A stretch of 63,355 nt of DNA, the filler included, from Choristocarpus tenellus KU-1152 (Eukaryota; Protista; Phaeophyceae), in NCBI GenBank assembly GCA_964200185.2. It is 12 parts of 12 records of this genome, joined end to end, with 100 filler letters (N's around TTAATTAATTAA, not from the genome) between each part and the next. Parts side by side here need not be neighbours in the genome. Positions count along the whole stretch, not along the records: positions 60,673 to 63,355 come from CAXNAD020025682.1; 11 more parts are not named here. The stretch is one strand, 5' to 3'. Shown in pieces: positions 62,321 through 63,355 of this stretch. A model generated the notes under the pieces. The model saw only the letters and a list, made by a program, of their open reading frames with translations, ran no database searches and had not been told where the DNA came from. Position numbers and translations under genes: made by a program. The number at the start of each line of letters is the position of its first letter. The stretch's first letter is position 1.

Positions 62321-62661
62321 TGTCAAGATTATGCTTGACTACTTGTTAGAATATGATTTGAAATATTATTTTACGTACGAACAGAAGATAATGCGGGGCA
62401 TTTGGCAATTGATTCAATGTTAGGATTGGTGAGCACTACCTAGTGAAGGTGTCTCACTCTCTTCTCAACTGGGATATAAGCTAATAAAAAAGATAACTAG
62501 TTGTGGGGGCAACAAATCCTCAAGGACAGCTTAACACATATCTATACTTCGAAGTCTTAGTAATCACAGTTTATTTAACACTTCTTCCACTCCACGCTGA
62601 ACTGTACAAAGACTATGGAAAATCAACCTCTCATTATTCAAGACAGAACGCATGGATTTAC

Positions 62662-62745
62662 CTGCACTGTTATTAAAAAAGGTGGAACTGCCTCCAAGGT
62701 TGGCAGTAGAAATGTTAAAAACATACAGAGCTCCGCCATCATCAT
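62662..62745 (-). CDS. Exon encoding one polymorphic-membrane-protein-like (GGA / FxxN) repeat
   Basis: Acceptor TTTCAG| and donor CAG|GTAAAT. 84 nt, phase 1-1, reading DDDGGALYVFNISTANLGGSSTFFNNSA. Confidence 0.75.
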
Positions 62746-63355
62746 CTGAAAGTGTGTCAATGTGTTGCACAGATGGGATTCAAAGTTAAATTCCACCTAT
62801 CAGTAAATGGAGCCCATACTATGGGAGAAGAATGTGGAGATGGGTATGGAATGGATCGAGATGTTCCTAATGAGGATTAGGGATAATTCACCTACTCACA
62901 AGGAGTTCAGATGTGTCTAAAGTTCACCGGATTCAAGGCAATGGCTAAACTTAGAATAAACAGGTCCCTGAAATAAAGGTAGTGGGCTTGATCCTGACAA
63001 ATGGAAACTCATACCAGCGACCCTTCCAACACAGAACATGCCATTACCTTAAATTGGTGCTGAACCAAAGTTCAAATCAAATGATGTAACTGTAACCTAA
63101 ATCATTCTTGATCTAATCTCCATATACCTTTCAAGAAAGGAAGCTCAAGAATAGGATATGCGGGTTTGATCTGAGTTGTGTGAGACACTTCAATGGTCAG
63201 GTTGGGAATGCCCAACAGATTCCTAATGACAAATTCTGCTGTTCAGAGACGGCATCTATGTAGTCTACTTAGGGTTGCTTCAGTTCATGCATAGCTCTAC
63301 AAAGACATTGACAATAGCAATGGCAATGGTAGGAAGAGATAGAGGGTAGTTTGAA

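Overview
Eukaryotic, intron-rich nuclear DNA, not prokaryotic. The window is 12 contigs joined by 11 artificial 100-nt linkers (N44-TTAATTAATTAA-N44), so nothing should be read across a linker. Gene and TE content suggests a flagellated stramenopile, plausibly a brown alga; this is inference. Manual splicing recovers partial genes that the ORF track mostly misses: PP4 catalytic subunit (last two exons, GC-AG intron), a TUG/ASPSCR1 homologue, a PPX1/PRUNE C-terminus, a sulfotransferase, a possible RCCR-like bilin reductase, a probable axonemal dynein heavy chain fragment, a secreted PT-rich protein with Fn3-associated repeats, an EH-domain exon, a PMP-like exon, and two large low-complexity proteins. 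The rest is largely TE debris: two mariner transposase pseudogenes, several non-LTR relics, and a Copia relic carrying a nested solo LTR. The most conspicuous unexplained structure is a ~165-185 bp MITE family with G-run TIRs (17 copies or fragments) that coincides with 8 contig ends. All family calls come from motif recognition by eye, not from searches. I cannot demonstrate a new biological system. The best leads are the MITE family, the RCCR-like gene and the symmetric one-repeat PMP exon.
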